A DNA stretch of 64,000 nt, taken from contig NEEC01000007.1 in assembly GCA_002189035.1 (NCBI GenBank), positions 1,488,001 through 1,552,000 on the forward strand, given 5' to 3'. The DNA comes from Utricularia gibba (taxonomy: Eukaryota > Plantae > Magnoliophyta). Shown here one piece after another: positions 29,001-41,005 of this stretch (the stretch's first letter is position 1; each line of letters opens with the position of its first letter). Position numbers and translations under genes: made by a program. Under the pieces are notes generated by a model, which saw only the letters and a program-made list of their open reading frames with translations, did not search any database and was not told where the DNA came from.

Positions 29001-29389
29001 CTGGATGGATTTTGCTGTTCTTTTTTTATGTCCAGCTTGTGGTTTTGGTTGGCTTTCCAAATTAACCTAATTGAATTCAATTTCTCTTCTTTAACAACGA
29101 GAAACAGCATTTTAACAATTGAATGCAGGATGCTAAAATTTGGAATGTGTTAACAAATTGATGTTTGCAATCGAATTCAATATTGATAATTGATTTTGTA
29201 TCGTTTCCAAACATGTTCTTCTATTATTTTTAAGTGTTGTTTTTATTTATCTTAAACCTCACTTTTTCATTATTCTTAATTGATTTTGCATCTTTCATAC
29301 TACTTTGATCTTTTTAAAGAGACAATATATTTTGTGGATTTTTAGAATACTTTTCGATCAATTTGATAAGAAACAAGATTCACCAAATT

Positions 29390-30130
29390 ATGGACTTGAT
29401 GAGCCACGAATCCCAACCCAAGACTCGGTCAAACGATGAAAATTTGGTCCAATATTCATAGATAAGATAGAGATGTGAAGAAGATCTTCGAAAATTTAAT
29501 AAAAGATTTGGATAGAAGATCTTATCCAAGCCTATCGAATAAACTCAATACGAAGACTTGAATCTACTCTCCTATAAATACCCCACTATTTCAACCATTA
29601 GAAACGTCTTTGACCACTTTTACTTTGAATCTTTCCTATTTTCGTGTCTATTTTGATGTTTGAGTTGAGTCTGCGCGTGTAGGCGCTTGCGGCTGAGAAT
29701 CTGTAGTGAAGTCTTGCTTGCGTAAGTCCTACGCGTATGATTGTTTTACTATGTTTTTCGACATTTAATTTGAGGTTTTATTTTGTTTTTTGTAACGTTT
29801 TCTTTACCAACGTGCTCTTTAATATCATATAACTCGAAGGGAGTGTGAGAAAATCAAAAGTTGGCCTCAAGCACCTAAGGAGAAGGTCTCAATCAGACAT
29901 TGTTGGTAAGACACATTCTGTCTAATCTATCTGCGAGGTGTGAGGTGTAGGAGTTAGATTTGGGTGTGGGGAAAACATGGGTTATCACAAAAGGTGAAAT
30001 GGCTTTGGTGGCGTGGTTGATTCTATAATACCACAAAACAAGGTACGGTGCTATAACGGTCACCGAGTAGCACTATTTTAGCATAACACCCTCAAAGCTT
30101 GCGTATGCAGGTCATTGTTTTAAGCAAGGT
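29390..30130. mobile_element. Possible LTR-retrotransposon LTR remnant
   Basis: Non-coding block between GDH2 and MSRA with an internal CTATAAATACCCC TATA at 29572-29584 and LTR-like composition. No second LTR, PBS, PPT or TSD identified, so support is weak. Confidence 0.3.
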
Positions 30131-30146
30131 GAATCCTGGATCTAAA

Positions 30147-30260
30147 GCTAATTTTCTTATTGTTTTTAAACTCAAATATTTATTTTATTTTCAGTCTTTT
30201 TTGGCTAATTTTCTTATTGTTTTTAAACTCAAATATTTATTTTATTTTCAGTATTTTTTG
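30147..30260 (+). repeat. Two-copy 57-bp tandem duplication
   Basis: gctaattttcttattgtttttaaactcaaatatttattttattttcagt occurs at 30147 and again at 30204. Confidence 0.9.
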
Positions 30261-31614
30261 AGTATTTGTTTGAAAATAAAATTTCAATAACAATTCCGGA
30301 TACGATTTATGTTCAAATGCAGAATCACCATCAAGTATAAATTTTTTTAATCATTATTTATTTTTTTTCCACAAAAGAATAAAAAATTTACTTTTTTTAT
30401 CAGAAGAATATATATATCTAAAGGATTGCGTGGCAATAAAAAAAACATTGAACTAGAATTGGGCAGGGGCCGCGCGAACGCAGGCCCCCTCTACCACAAA
30501 TTACGACGTAGGCTCGGCCCATTGGGCCGACCTTAAGCGGGCGCCCTTCCCAAGTGCAATGGAAGTCGCCAACCTAGGCCATGGACCTTATTGATCGCCC
30601 ATCGACCCCGTCCAGGTAAGTATGTTTTCAGGTGGAGTTCCTACTCACTTTATACCCCCAGCCTCCCTTCAGTCTCTTGTTTTTACCGATGTGGGATCAA
30701 CGAATCCCTCTAACGACGTCGTTTCTAGTATCCAAATTTTATTTATAATTTTTTTCCCGTACAAAATAAAAATATATATCTGTATTGTATTTGCGTTGCA
30801 CTGCTTCGCACCAGGAATTGACTGTTGGCCAAAGTCGCATGCTTATATAAACACTTTTCATTTATTAGTTACTGATCAACTCTCCCCTGGATTAAAGGGC
30901 GTCATACGCTTACATAGGAAAATAGCTTTGAAAGACCACAAACTTTTGTACTGGCTTTCATGACCAATATCTGGGACTCTCTGTGCTACTGGAGAAGAAA
31001 GCTTAACGCGGAGAGTTGGCATTATATGTTCTCCCACAAGCAGGAGATTCTGTGGCATATTTTGGTGAACAGACGTTTATTTCCAGATATCATCATCAAT
31101 CTCCATCCTTTACCACTACTAAGTTATGCTCTCCACTGTTGCTGATATTCACCGTCTTCCACACATTCCACTACTAAACCCATTTTTTGGGGGACTGCTA
31201 CGCCCATTTCTGGCCAGCAGGATCAGTAGTCCCAGTCCATCTTCAGATTCTAGATGCCATTCAAAAACCACAGCAGTTGCAGAAAATGCAAGAAAACCAT
31301 CATCTGAGACCTTCAATTTGGTATCAATATCTGGGCTTTAATTTTGTACATGGAACAGCACAAATACTTATTCTATTACCCCAGAAGGGTATGTATTTTC
31401 AGCTCTTTAAACATACTCACTTCTTGTTTTATACTTCTTCTGATGATTACCATTGGAATTCTGCGTTTCCTTACAGCAATACAATGTCAGTTCGGTTTCT
31501 AATTACTTTCATTACATAGAGATTGATCTGAAAGCATCTAGGGCGGTGATCAGCATGTTTGGTACAGAAGATAACTTGAAACAAGTATCCCGTCCAGAAT
31601 GAAAAGCCTTTCAA

Positions 31615-32467
31615 TTACCCGTAGCAACGGATGGGATCGTTGCATCCCTTCTCAGTAGACTGCTTGAAACCAAAACGGCCACCCTTCGCCAGGTATTGCT
31701 GGTGATACTCTTCAGCAGCGTAGAACTTCTTTGCAGGTAGTATCTCTGTCACAATCTTCCTATTCAGAAGCTTCTGCTGCTTGTCTTTCGATTCTGTTGC
31801 AGCCTTCTCTTGCTCCTCTGTGTAGAAATATATACCTGACCTATACTGTGTTCCCATATCGTTTCCCTGCACAAGTGTACCTCGACAATCAGCAGCCTGG
31901 TCTCATACAGAATCACTTCTTGCTCTAAAGGGAAGGGGATAAGAAACTCTTGGAATTGTCTCAAAGTACCTGGCGATTGGGAGTTGTGGGATCGTGTCGA
32001 GCCCAGAAGACATCAAGCAAGCTATCGAAGCTACACTCCTTGGGATCATACTGAACCCTCACCACCTCAGAATGATTAGTCGTACCTGTACAAACATCTT
32101 CGTAGGTAGGGTTATGGAGATAACCCTGGGAATACCCAACTTCCGTCCGCGTGACACCAGGGACTCGCTGAAACGCCAATTCGACACCCCAGAAACACCC
32201 CGCTCCAAATTGGGCAAACTCCTGGCCCGGCGCCGGAGAGTCGCTGTCGGGACCCTGCGCGATCGACGCGTCCGACGGAGACTCGGTGGGGGAACGGGCG
32301 CCGAACCCCAGCTTGTTGAGCCAACTCATCCTGAGAGATGTGACTGCCGGTGTATTGGATTTGAAGGGGAGCCGGCGATTCGAGCAAGGGAAAGCGGACC
32401 TCGAAAGGGGAAGGGAAAGAGAGGATGAGAGCGTAGGCGCGGCTATGGCCGTTGTTTTGAGGAGCAT
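31615..32467 (-). CDS. MSRA: Peptide methionine sulfoxide reductase A with plastid transit peptide (MSRA4/PMSR4-like)
   Basis: Exons 32467-31970 and 31866-31615. Catalytic [24 protein letters not shown]|[22 protein letters not shown], resolving Cys [11 protein letters not shown]. Confidence 0.96.
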
Positions 32468-33249
32468 TGTTTTTTTTTTTGCTCTTGACTTTTCAAGCAC
32501 TACGAAAATGGAGAAGGAACCCGCAGTCCAGTCGAGTCCCCTTCGTGTGGCATGTGGATAACACTCAAGAAAAGGCATGACGCGCCTACTTTTCTCCACG
32601 CACACATCACACGAGAACCACACATCAACCATTTCAGATGTCCCATTTTTCACCCACATGCTCACAAGGTGGGATCATTAATTGACCGGTTAAACAACAT
32701 CTTCAGTTAATATTTCAGAATCACATCACGTTCTTTAGGTCTAATTCCTTTTTTCCTAAAAAGAATTACAAAAATACTTGTGACGTCGTTGATGTTACCT
32801 TTCAAAAAATGTAGTATTTGTTGTAGAGATCTAAGAATGGATAGTTTTTTCAGGGATGGCCAGAGTTCTGTATACCTCCAACACAGTGCAGAGCTGAACT
32901 TCTGCAGTCAAAAAGAGGGACTTGCATCAACTTCTGCAGCTGGAACAAGCACCGAAGCCTTCTTGTTGTCCATCTAATAGGAACTTTATACTACCAGTAG
33001 TAGCCTTACAAATTCTATGGTAATTTCGAGTGCACTAAAAGCAAAATGAACATCACTCCAACATGGCCTCAGAATGTTATTCACATGTCTTAACGAGAGA
33101 AAGTATGAAAATCAAGCCGAGGTCAACCTACAATACAGCAAACATCTCATCTACTTTTCTCCCACTGAATTAAACTAGTGGCGCATCCGATTACATAACA
33201 AGGGTGAAATAATGCAATTCATGTTCTACCGGAGTGGGTGTTGCACTCA

Positions 33250-34449
33250 TTATATGGGCTTGATCTTGAAGTGCAGTGTAATCAACGAGAAGACAAAACA
33301 CTTGAGATCCTACAGTGATGAATAGAGCATCAGTACTTGAAAGAACACAGAAGCACTAAAACAAGAATGAAAAATAAATAACTCATCTTAAACATGTCGT
33401 TCAGTAAATTTAAGCTCTATGGTTTTACTGTTTTATAAGTTAATATCTCACAAACAAGTAAGACCAATAGCCAGGAGAAGAAAGGGTTTCATAATTACTG
33501 ATTTCTCGTATCACCGAGTGTGCAAACATACACAGATCCTTCAGATTCCCATACTAAGTGGCGTTGCTTTATAATGAAATCATTTTTCTTTTCACATGAT
33601 CTATGCTCAAAAGAGATGCCGAAATTCTCAACTATCTGAAGACAGCACCTATAGTCGTCCGCATCAGGGACAACTAGCTAAAAAAAGGAAGGGGATAATA
33701 AAAGCACCAATCACCTAAGCTGATGAAGAACATAAATATTTTGACACAGTTGAAAGCTCGTAGAAGCACATCCACTGGTCATTGGAAGAAGCATAAGTCT
33801 AGTCTCATGTTAATAAAAGCACGCTATGCTTCTTACAAAACAAATACTTGAAAAAAAACAAACAAACAAGCAACAAACAAGAGTCTCCAAGGGTGCTGCA
33901 ACAGAATTGAGGTTGGTGTATACCGTTAACAGAAAAAAAAAAAAAAAAAACTGACCTGAACGAGATAGTAAAAAATACGCAAGCCCTCGGGATCTTTACT
34001 GGTCTGAACATCCATTAGAGATCCAATCTTTGAAGTGGTGAAGGAAATATGCTCATTACCCATCACGATCTCGAGCTCCTGCCTCCCAACACGGTCAGGC
34101 TCCGGCCAGTTATTATCATCCTCCTTCATTATCTGCAACATTGAACAAAAAAAAAAGTCCAATAGAGTTATCCCAATCGAAACCCTAGTTACGAAAAAAG
34201 CACCCAACTGAAATCAAAATCCACCTCTACCTCGGAATCCGTGACAATGCGACGACACTCCCTGAGAACGGCCGGCGTGAGAAACACTTCCTTTCGAATC
34301 ATTGTATCGTTCTTATAGTTGGAGTTATTCGCGTAACGCAGCTTCCCGTCGGGACGAAACTCGAACTCCAGAAACTCGTGCCCGAATTTACCCTTGTGAC
34401 CCACGTAGTAACGCAAGTAGAACTCGCCATTCTCGTTCCCTTCCGCCAT
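33250..34449 (-). CDS. MAGO: Mago nashi (exon junction complex core)
   Basis: Exons 34449-34231, 34132-33956, 33309-33250 give [39 protein letters not shown]...[19 protein letters not shown]. Confidence 0.98.
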
Positions 34450-34751
34450 CGTTCTCGATCCTTCACCTTCTTCACGAGGTGTAGGAGAAAATATCACCCA
34501 AGGGTTTTTTAAAAACTGGCTGCACAGGCCAATATCCATTGGTACCATAAATTGAAATTGGGCTCGGGTGTACTAATGGGCTGACCTTTAGGCCCATATA
34601 AATAACTCATTTTCGATATTATTTTGATGCAGGCGCTAAAATTTCTCCGTTCCCTGATTGAATTCCCGGTCAGCACCTCTGTCGTTGATTTACTCACTGT
34701 GATCGTCTACTTGCGGAAGGTTACTTTTCTGTCTGGTTCATTGCTGCAATC
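34450..34751. promoter_or_regulatory. Short bidirectional promoter between MAGO and the RabD pseudogene
   Basis: About 300 bp separate the divergent ATGs. Clustered site-II-like motifs TGGGCT, TGGGCT and GGCCCA at ~34559-34597. Confidence 0.55.
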
Positions 34752-36147
34752 ATGGATTCTGAATAGTAACTCTCTCTTTCCTTCCTTCTAGGTTGAATTA
34801 TTTGTAGTTCATTGTTGTGCCAACCGGATTTTTTTCCTAATAGACTGAGATTCGACGAATCAAAATGGATTTTGTGTGTTTTTTTCTGGTCAAATAGGGA
34901 TAGAAATTGTATTTTTTTCGTTTTAATGGGACTGATTTATAGTATGCTTTTATGATGCGTCTTTCGTTGATTAATTGTTCAAGCTTCTGTTAATCGGCGA
35001 TTCAGGTGTTTGGAAAGTCATGCCTCCTCCTGAGATTTGCTGTAGGTCTGAAGACACTAATATGAAAGTATTTCTGTTGATTGTTGTTGCATGCGTGAAA
35101 ATTGTGAAATGACATTTTCTGTTTTCACTTTTACATGCAGGATGATTCATATATTGACAGTTATATCAGCAAAACTCTCGTTGATTTTGTAAGGATCATA
35201 CTGTCCGTTTAGAAATGTTGTACACGATTTGTAGTATTCAGGTCTGTCTCTTTCATTAGAAAATATGAACCGGGGAGCAAGATGGCAAGACCATTAAGCT
35301 TCAGATAGTAAGATTTTCTTTTTCTCTCTTTATTTTATAACCATTCTTTTAAGTTGTTTCGTTTCTGATTGAGCAAGTTTCTTATCTACTTTTTTTTTAT
35401 CTCAACTTTGTACTTCGTTTTCAAACACGCAGTTTCATGTCTTTTTATGCACAATAATAAATAGCACATCTGTTTAAAATTTCCACAAGTCACATTTGTC
35501 CTTTTATTTGCAGTGGGATACTGCCGGCCAGGAACGATTCAGGACAATAACAAGCAGCTACTACCGTGGAGCACATGAAAAAATAGTTAACTTCTTACAT
35601 ATAGTTTTTCCGTGTGATTCCATAAGCCCACATTTCCTCATGCTGGTTTTTCATTTTAGCAGATAGTTTATGATGTAACAGACTCAGACAGCTTCAACAA
35701 CGTGAAACATTGGCTGAATGAAATTGCTCGATATGCCAGCGAAACAAGCTTCTCGTAGAGAACAAGTCTGACCCCGCTGAGAACAGAGCCGTGCCGTATG
35801 AAACTGCCAAGGTAGTAAAAGCCATCTTCCTCCTGTGATGCGAAATTGGCATCTCCTTTTTTGGAGACTAGTTCCAAAAATGCCCGCAACGTGGAACTAG
35901 CTTTCATGGCTGTCAGCCGATATTACGAGAAGGTAGATTACTTGATTAGCGACCCTCCAGCCCACGCACTTGCGTGCACTTCCACAGATACACAACTTGG
36001 CTCTTCAAATAAATCTTTGAAATTATTGCTAATGCAAGTTGTTTAAATTATAGGATGGCGAGCCAGCCACAGTCAAGTGGTGCTACACCAGCAACAGTTC
36101 GAAGCCATGGGCAACCTTTGGCGCAAAATAGTGACTGCTGCTCTTGA
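34752..36147 (+). pseudogene. Unprocessed (intron-retaining) RabD/Rab1 GTPase pseudogene
   Basis: Recognisable exons: MDSEY | D*LFKLLLIGDSGV/GKSCLLLRFA | DDSYIDSYISKTLVDF | KI*TGEQDGKTIKLQI | [21 protein letters not shown] | [27 protein letters not shown]... | MASQPQ...DCCS*. Lesions: acceptor CGT at 34965-34967, TAA at 34972, +1 T at 35009-35011, TGA at 35266, deletion before KLLV near 35744, collapsed intron after 35811. Confidence 0.92.
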
Positions 36148-36834
36148 AGAAGGAACTGCAATTCGTTTCAGTCTTCAGATATGTGCTTAAAATGCATCGT
36201 TTTAGTCTTCTTCACCTGAGGAGCAGTAGCCAGACCAGACCTGAGACCCCCACTTCTTGGCCAAGAAGGAAGGCAATGATGCCACGTCTGAACTCCAATT
36301 CAGGAGCATAAAGCCAAAAATTTGACTTGCAAAAGAGATTGTTTCTTCTTGTTTCCATCTGAAGAAAGCAATTGCTAGAGGAGTGTGATGTTACATAAGT
36401 GATGAGGATAACCTTATCACAAACCATTAAAAGAAAGTGGTTATGGTTATTCTGCATTTATCTTTTATAAACTATGATCAATTTTTTATATATATAATAT
36501 TTATAAAAAGGTGGTCATTTTTCTAATACCGTTTGGGACTTTTTTTTCACGTTGTTTTAAACATTTCCATTTTACTATAAAATATATTCACAAATTTGAT
36601 TAATCATAGAAGCTTGCGTATGAAAACAGAGCACTTTTGCATTTCATAGTCAAGAAAATTCATGGCATGACTAATAGTACTTTGAAGTTTGGAAGGAGGA
36701 GACCAAGTTACAAACGGACCCAATGCATATTTATTTTATAAATAATTAAAAATATTAAGAAAAAGAAAAGGCAAAGTGAGGGATAACCAGAGACGTGGAA
36801 AGGAGCTTCAATATGCAGTAGTGTTGTCTTTGGA

Positions 36835-37383
36835 TCAAATTTTGTAATCGGAAGAAACTCCATTCAACCGGAAAATCTCAGTTGATTGGCGCCCTTGTTT
36901 TGAACCCGCCGTCGACCTCCGCCGCGCCAAAGCCGGGGTTATCCTGAACGGCTCCGGCTGATTCGAACCGATCTCATGTGGGAAATTGAGCAAAGCCTTG
37001 CAGCCGCGGATCCTGTAGGCGGCTCGATCGTAAGCAAGAGCCGCTTCTTTGGCGGTTTCGTACGTCCCGAGCCAAACACGAGCCCCGTTTCGGGCTGGAT
37101 CCCTGATCTCCGCCGCGAATTTCCCCCATGGCCGCTGCCGTACACCTCTGAAATGGCGCCCTTTAGGGGCTGCGACTCTAGGAGGAGGTGGTGGAGCAAC
37201 AAACTCCGGAGGCTCTGGCTTGACGACGTCGTTGAAAGGCATCCACCCGTTTCTAACGGCGTCGGTTAGAAGACCGTAGATCACCATATCTTCGGAGTCG
37301 TTTACTCGTAACGGCAACTCTCCCCAGTTCTCCGTCAGGCAAGGAACCATGCTCCAGCTCCGGTGAGTCGCCGCCGGCTTCAT
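36835..37383 (-). CDS. AP2/ERF transcription factor, group IXa (ERF1/ERF2/ERF13-like)
   Basis: Intronless 182 aa. N-terminal [24 protein letters not shown] motif and AP2 domain [20 protein letters not shown]...WLGTY...ALLNFP. Confidence 0.93.
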   Translation of the reverse strand: MKPAATHRSWSMVPCLTENWGELPLRVNDSEDMVIYGLLTDAVRNGWMPFNDVVKPEPPEFVAPPPPPRVAAPKGRHFRGVRQRPWGKFAAEIRDPARNGARVWLGTYETAKEAALAYDRAAYRIRGCKALLNFPHEIGSNQPEPFRITPALARRRSTAGSKQGRQSTEIFRLNGVSSDYKI

Positions 37384-38600
37384 CCCGCTGCTGAACTTCG
37401 AGAAGGAGAAAAATAAATCGCGTGTGTGTGTCTATATAAACAAAGCAAGTAAGGGGATGATCTTATGGAACACGGCGTACTGCTCCCACTCACTTAAAAA
37501 ACCTGAAATAAAATTGATAATAATAAGGTTATATGGAATATACTGAAATTTAATTTATTATAATATTTTCATAATATGGCAATAATATTTAATATTATCT
37601 ACACATTTAATATTTTCATTTGCTCTTATTATTCTTAATTCAACTTTTGCTATTCTCTCCCAAATAATAAATTTTTGTACACTATTTATTATATATTATT
37701 ATTAGTAATAAATAATATCATGTTTTTCAATAATGAAACTTGATGTTAATTAACATTTTCTATTATACAGATAGAAAACATAATAGTAAATCATAAGTAG
37801 TATATTGCATTATTTTCAAATATTTTAGACATTTTTTTTTTGAAAAATCATGAAAACATTTATATATTTTTTAAATAAAAAGTAAACATATATTGAGCTG
37901 AGTGTTAAAAAAATATTAATTTTTATTTATTAAAGAAATAATAAATATTAAATTTTCTAAATGATCATTACATTACCTTGGTGGACGACTTTTTTGTCCC
38001 TATACTATGCGAAAAAGTACAATGCTGCATTCACGACAGCTAAAGTCAAACAACTGTAGAGGTGATCTCAAAATCTGGTCATCAATGATAATCTTTGAAA
38101 CGCATTTGAAAGATCTGGCAACGCGAGGTGGCTGATAAAGGGCTCACGGGGAGGTGCGAGGTGGTCCGGTCTGGTCTGGTCTGTTCCATGGACCGGGACA
38201 AGACAGGGGCTGAAACGGAGACGACACGTGGCTCCAACCCAGACAACACTGCAAGGAAGGAACCACAGGGATTCAATTCAAATCATTAGCGTAGGGGTGG
38301 TTCCTGAAGTCAAAGGGCCGCCATTGATTGGTGTTGGAGGAAGTTGGAATATAAAACGTTTGTCTGGATAATCAAAGGCCAATGATTTAATTCGAGTAGG
38401 GGGTGATGATGTTCCTGGTCACCTTCTTCTACCCGGAGAAGTTTTGACGACCTGCAACTTTGCTATATAAGCATTCGTCCTCGCCCTTCGCTGCCCACTA
38501 CCCCCCTAGCCTACCCCTGAGGCACTTTCCGATGGAACCCTGCCGTTCCTCGCTCCGATCCCGGCTCTCCACCGGCTCCACTCCTCTTCCTCTACTCTGG

Positions 38601-38621
38601 TTCTTCTTCTTCTTCTTCTTC
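38601..38621 (+). repeat. (TTC)7 microsatellite
   Basis: ttcttcttcttcttcttcttc read directly from the sequence. Confidence 0.85.
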
Positions 38622-39995
38622 AGTTGTCGCGGGTTTTAGGTTTGGGTGTCGAGAAGAGGTGTGTTCTCGCCGGAGACAAGGTGGGCACTGGACACAGTTA
38701 CCGGTTCCGACGACCGCCGTGGATTTTACATGATCCCACGATACTAAAAAGAATTAAAAAAATCTCCTTTCTGCTACGAAAAATAATAAATGATCCAGAC
38801 AAAAGATGGTTGGTATAAACGCTACAAGTTGATGGCTATGATTCAGACACGTGTTCTTTTTGAGACCCTTGAATTTTATCTCATCCATTTTGTTGCTATT
38901 CCTGGGATTCTAAAATGACTTCTGAAGATACTTTCATAGACAAATCACTTGCAAATATAGAATTGGGGTGGCCCTAAACCCTTTAGCATCGCCATAAAAT
39001 ATCACTTCATTTATTTATACCGTAGCCTCTGACGTCCCATTTGCACCCGCAATTGCTTCCTACTCATTAAACTAAAAGTAACTTCAAAATCTATGCATAT
39101 GTGGAGACGACGCCGTCGCCCTCGCCGGAGCTCCGGCAGCAGCCGCCGGAAATGACCCAAGGCAAGGGCTACAGTTGACCCATTTCCGAAGGAACCCGAA
39201 AACCCGGGATGATGACTCGAAAAGTATGAAGAAAAAAATGTATCTTTGTTGATAGGTTTCACATTGCAAGTGGGAACAGATTGTCAACTGGATCATTTAA
39301 TCCCCTATCATGAACAAAAAGAATGTCCACGTACTATTCCATGAGGGTAGATTCCAGAATTTGGGTGCAAAATACATAGCCACGGTGTCCATACCCCTCT
39401 TTGGTATATCCAAATCAAAGTATAAATTAGTATTATACAATTTATTCAAAATGAAAAATACTTTTAAAATTCTAGAGTCTTTCTTATTTGAAAATAAAAT
39501 TAATTTTAAATTAGATGTTTTAAGGGACTCAGTTCAAATAAGAGTACATGAAACTTAAACGTATTTCACATCGATTACAGATAAAATAGAAAAACAATTT
39601 ATATGAAGATATCTTTTCTAATATTAAATGAGATTTTTTTAGGATAATATCTTAAAAGTTGAAGGTGAATTGTTATATTTACTAACTTTAATATATATAT
39701 TAAAATTAATTTTTTGTTGATTTATCTATTTGTGAAGAAAGGGAACTTGTAGGAGAAAATGAGATCAAATTTCTAAGGGGCATTAATTAGTGAGCTAAGA
39801 CACTTAATTATATGCTGCAATTATTAATTAATCAGCATCGTCTTCTCCCAGCACAACTTGCTTTATTCAACCCTTGCCTCGCTTTAGTCAATAATAAAAT
39901 AATTTATTTATTATACGCTTGGAAAATCCAATATATTCCTGATTTTATTATAAGTATACGCCACTTGCGCTGCCCTGCCTTCTTCTCATCATCCC

Positions 39996-40523
39996 ATGGA
40001 GAATCACGACGAGTTCTCGGCGTTGGAGCTCATTCGTCACCATCTTCTAGGGGATTACCCGGCGGCGGAGTCCTTCCTCGGCAGCCTCGCCGTTCTGAAT
40101 CCCAATTTGTTCGAGGACAATTTCAGTTCATCATGGGGTTTTGCAGGGGAGGCCATCACCACCCTGTTGGGGAGCTCGAATCCGAAGCAGGGTACGGAGG
40201 TTCCGCCACCGCCGCCGAGGGTGAAATCGGAGGCTGAATACGATAGGATTGTTCCGGCCAACGGGAAGCGGCATTACAGAGGGGTGCGGCGGAGGCCGTG
40301 GGGGAAGTACGCTGCTGAGATTCGGGACCCCCTGAGGAAAGGGAGCAGGGTTTGGCTTGGGACCTACGACACGGACGTCGACGCAGCGAGGGCTTACGAC
40401 TGTGCCGCCTTCAAGATGAGGGGAGCGAAGGCCATCCTGAACTTCCCCATGGATGCGGGGAAGTACGGCCCGCCGGCAAACGTGGGCAGGAGAAAGAGAG
40501 GCAAGTCTGTGTTCATGAATTAA
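39996..40523 (+). CDS. AP2/ERF transcription factor, group IXb (ERF104/105/106-like)
   Basis: Intronless 175 aa. N-terminal [13 protein letters not shown] motif and AP2 domain [20 protein letters not shown]...WLGTY...AILNFP. TATA-like TTATTATAAG at ~39944. Confidence 0.94.
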   Translation: MENHDEFSALELIRHHLLGDYPAAESFLGSLAVLNPNLFEDNFSSSWGFAGEAITTLLGSSNPKQGTEVPPPPPRVKSEAEYDRIVPANGKRHYRGVRRRPWGKYAAEIRDPLRKGSRVWLGTYDTDVDAARAYDCAAFKMRGAKAILNFPMDAGKYGPPANVGRRKRGKSVFMN

Positions 40524-41005
40524 GACATCTTCGATGCTTCTTTTGGGCTTCTGCTCCTTACTGTTTGTTGAAGGATTTCATGTGTACTCTGGTAATATGA
40601 ATTTGTATGCAGTCATTGATTCTGTGTATCGTGTTCTAGATATTAAAAACAGTGCCTTGCGCGTACCATTTCCTTCTCCGATGCGCCGGATGACTGCTCC
40701 GCACTGAATCATTTTTCATGGCAGGGGTGGGCCCCAGCTCGGCCGGCCGGCCCAGCCCAACCCCTGTCTTTAAAATTAGGAAATTTTTCAAATTTTGAAT
40801 TATATCAATATGGGTTTAGGAGATTGAATTTATTATTGATGATGATTTTTTTTTGTGATTATTATTTATTTATTTATTTTTAATTTGTGTGTATATAAAA
40901 TTGGATAACACGCACGGTTCAGATGTAAAGCAAAATGGGACGCCACAATTTTAGGTTTTTTTAATACTGTATGTAGCACGTGTGATCTCCGGCATACCGG
41001 CAAAA

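Noticed and set aside
31994-32561. Plus-strand ORFs of 144 and 91 aa
   Set aside because: Antisense to MSRA exon 1; explained by high GC content.
38403-38519. GTGATGA ... CTGA resembling snoRNA C and D boxes
   Set aside because: No terminal stem, no recognisable rRNA-complementary guide, and a TATA-like motif in the middle; likely chance.
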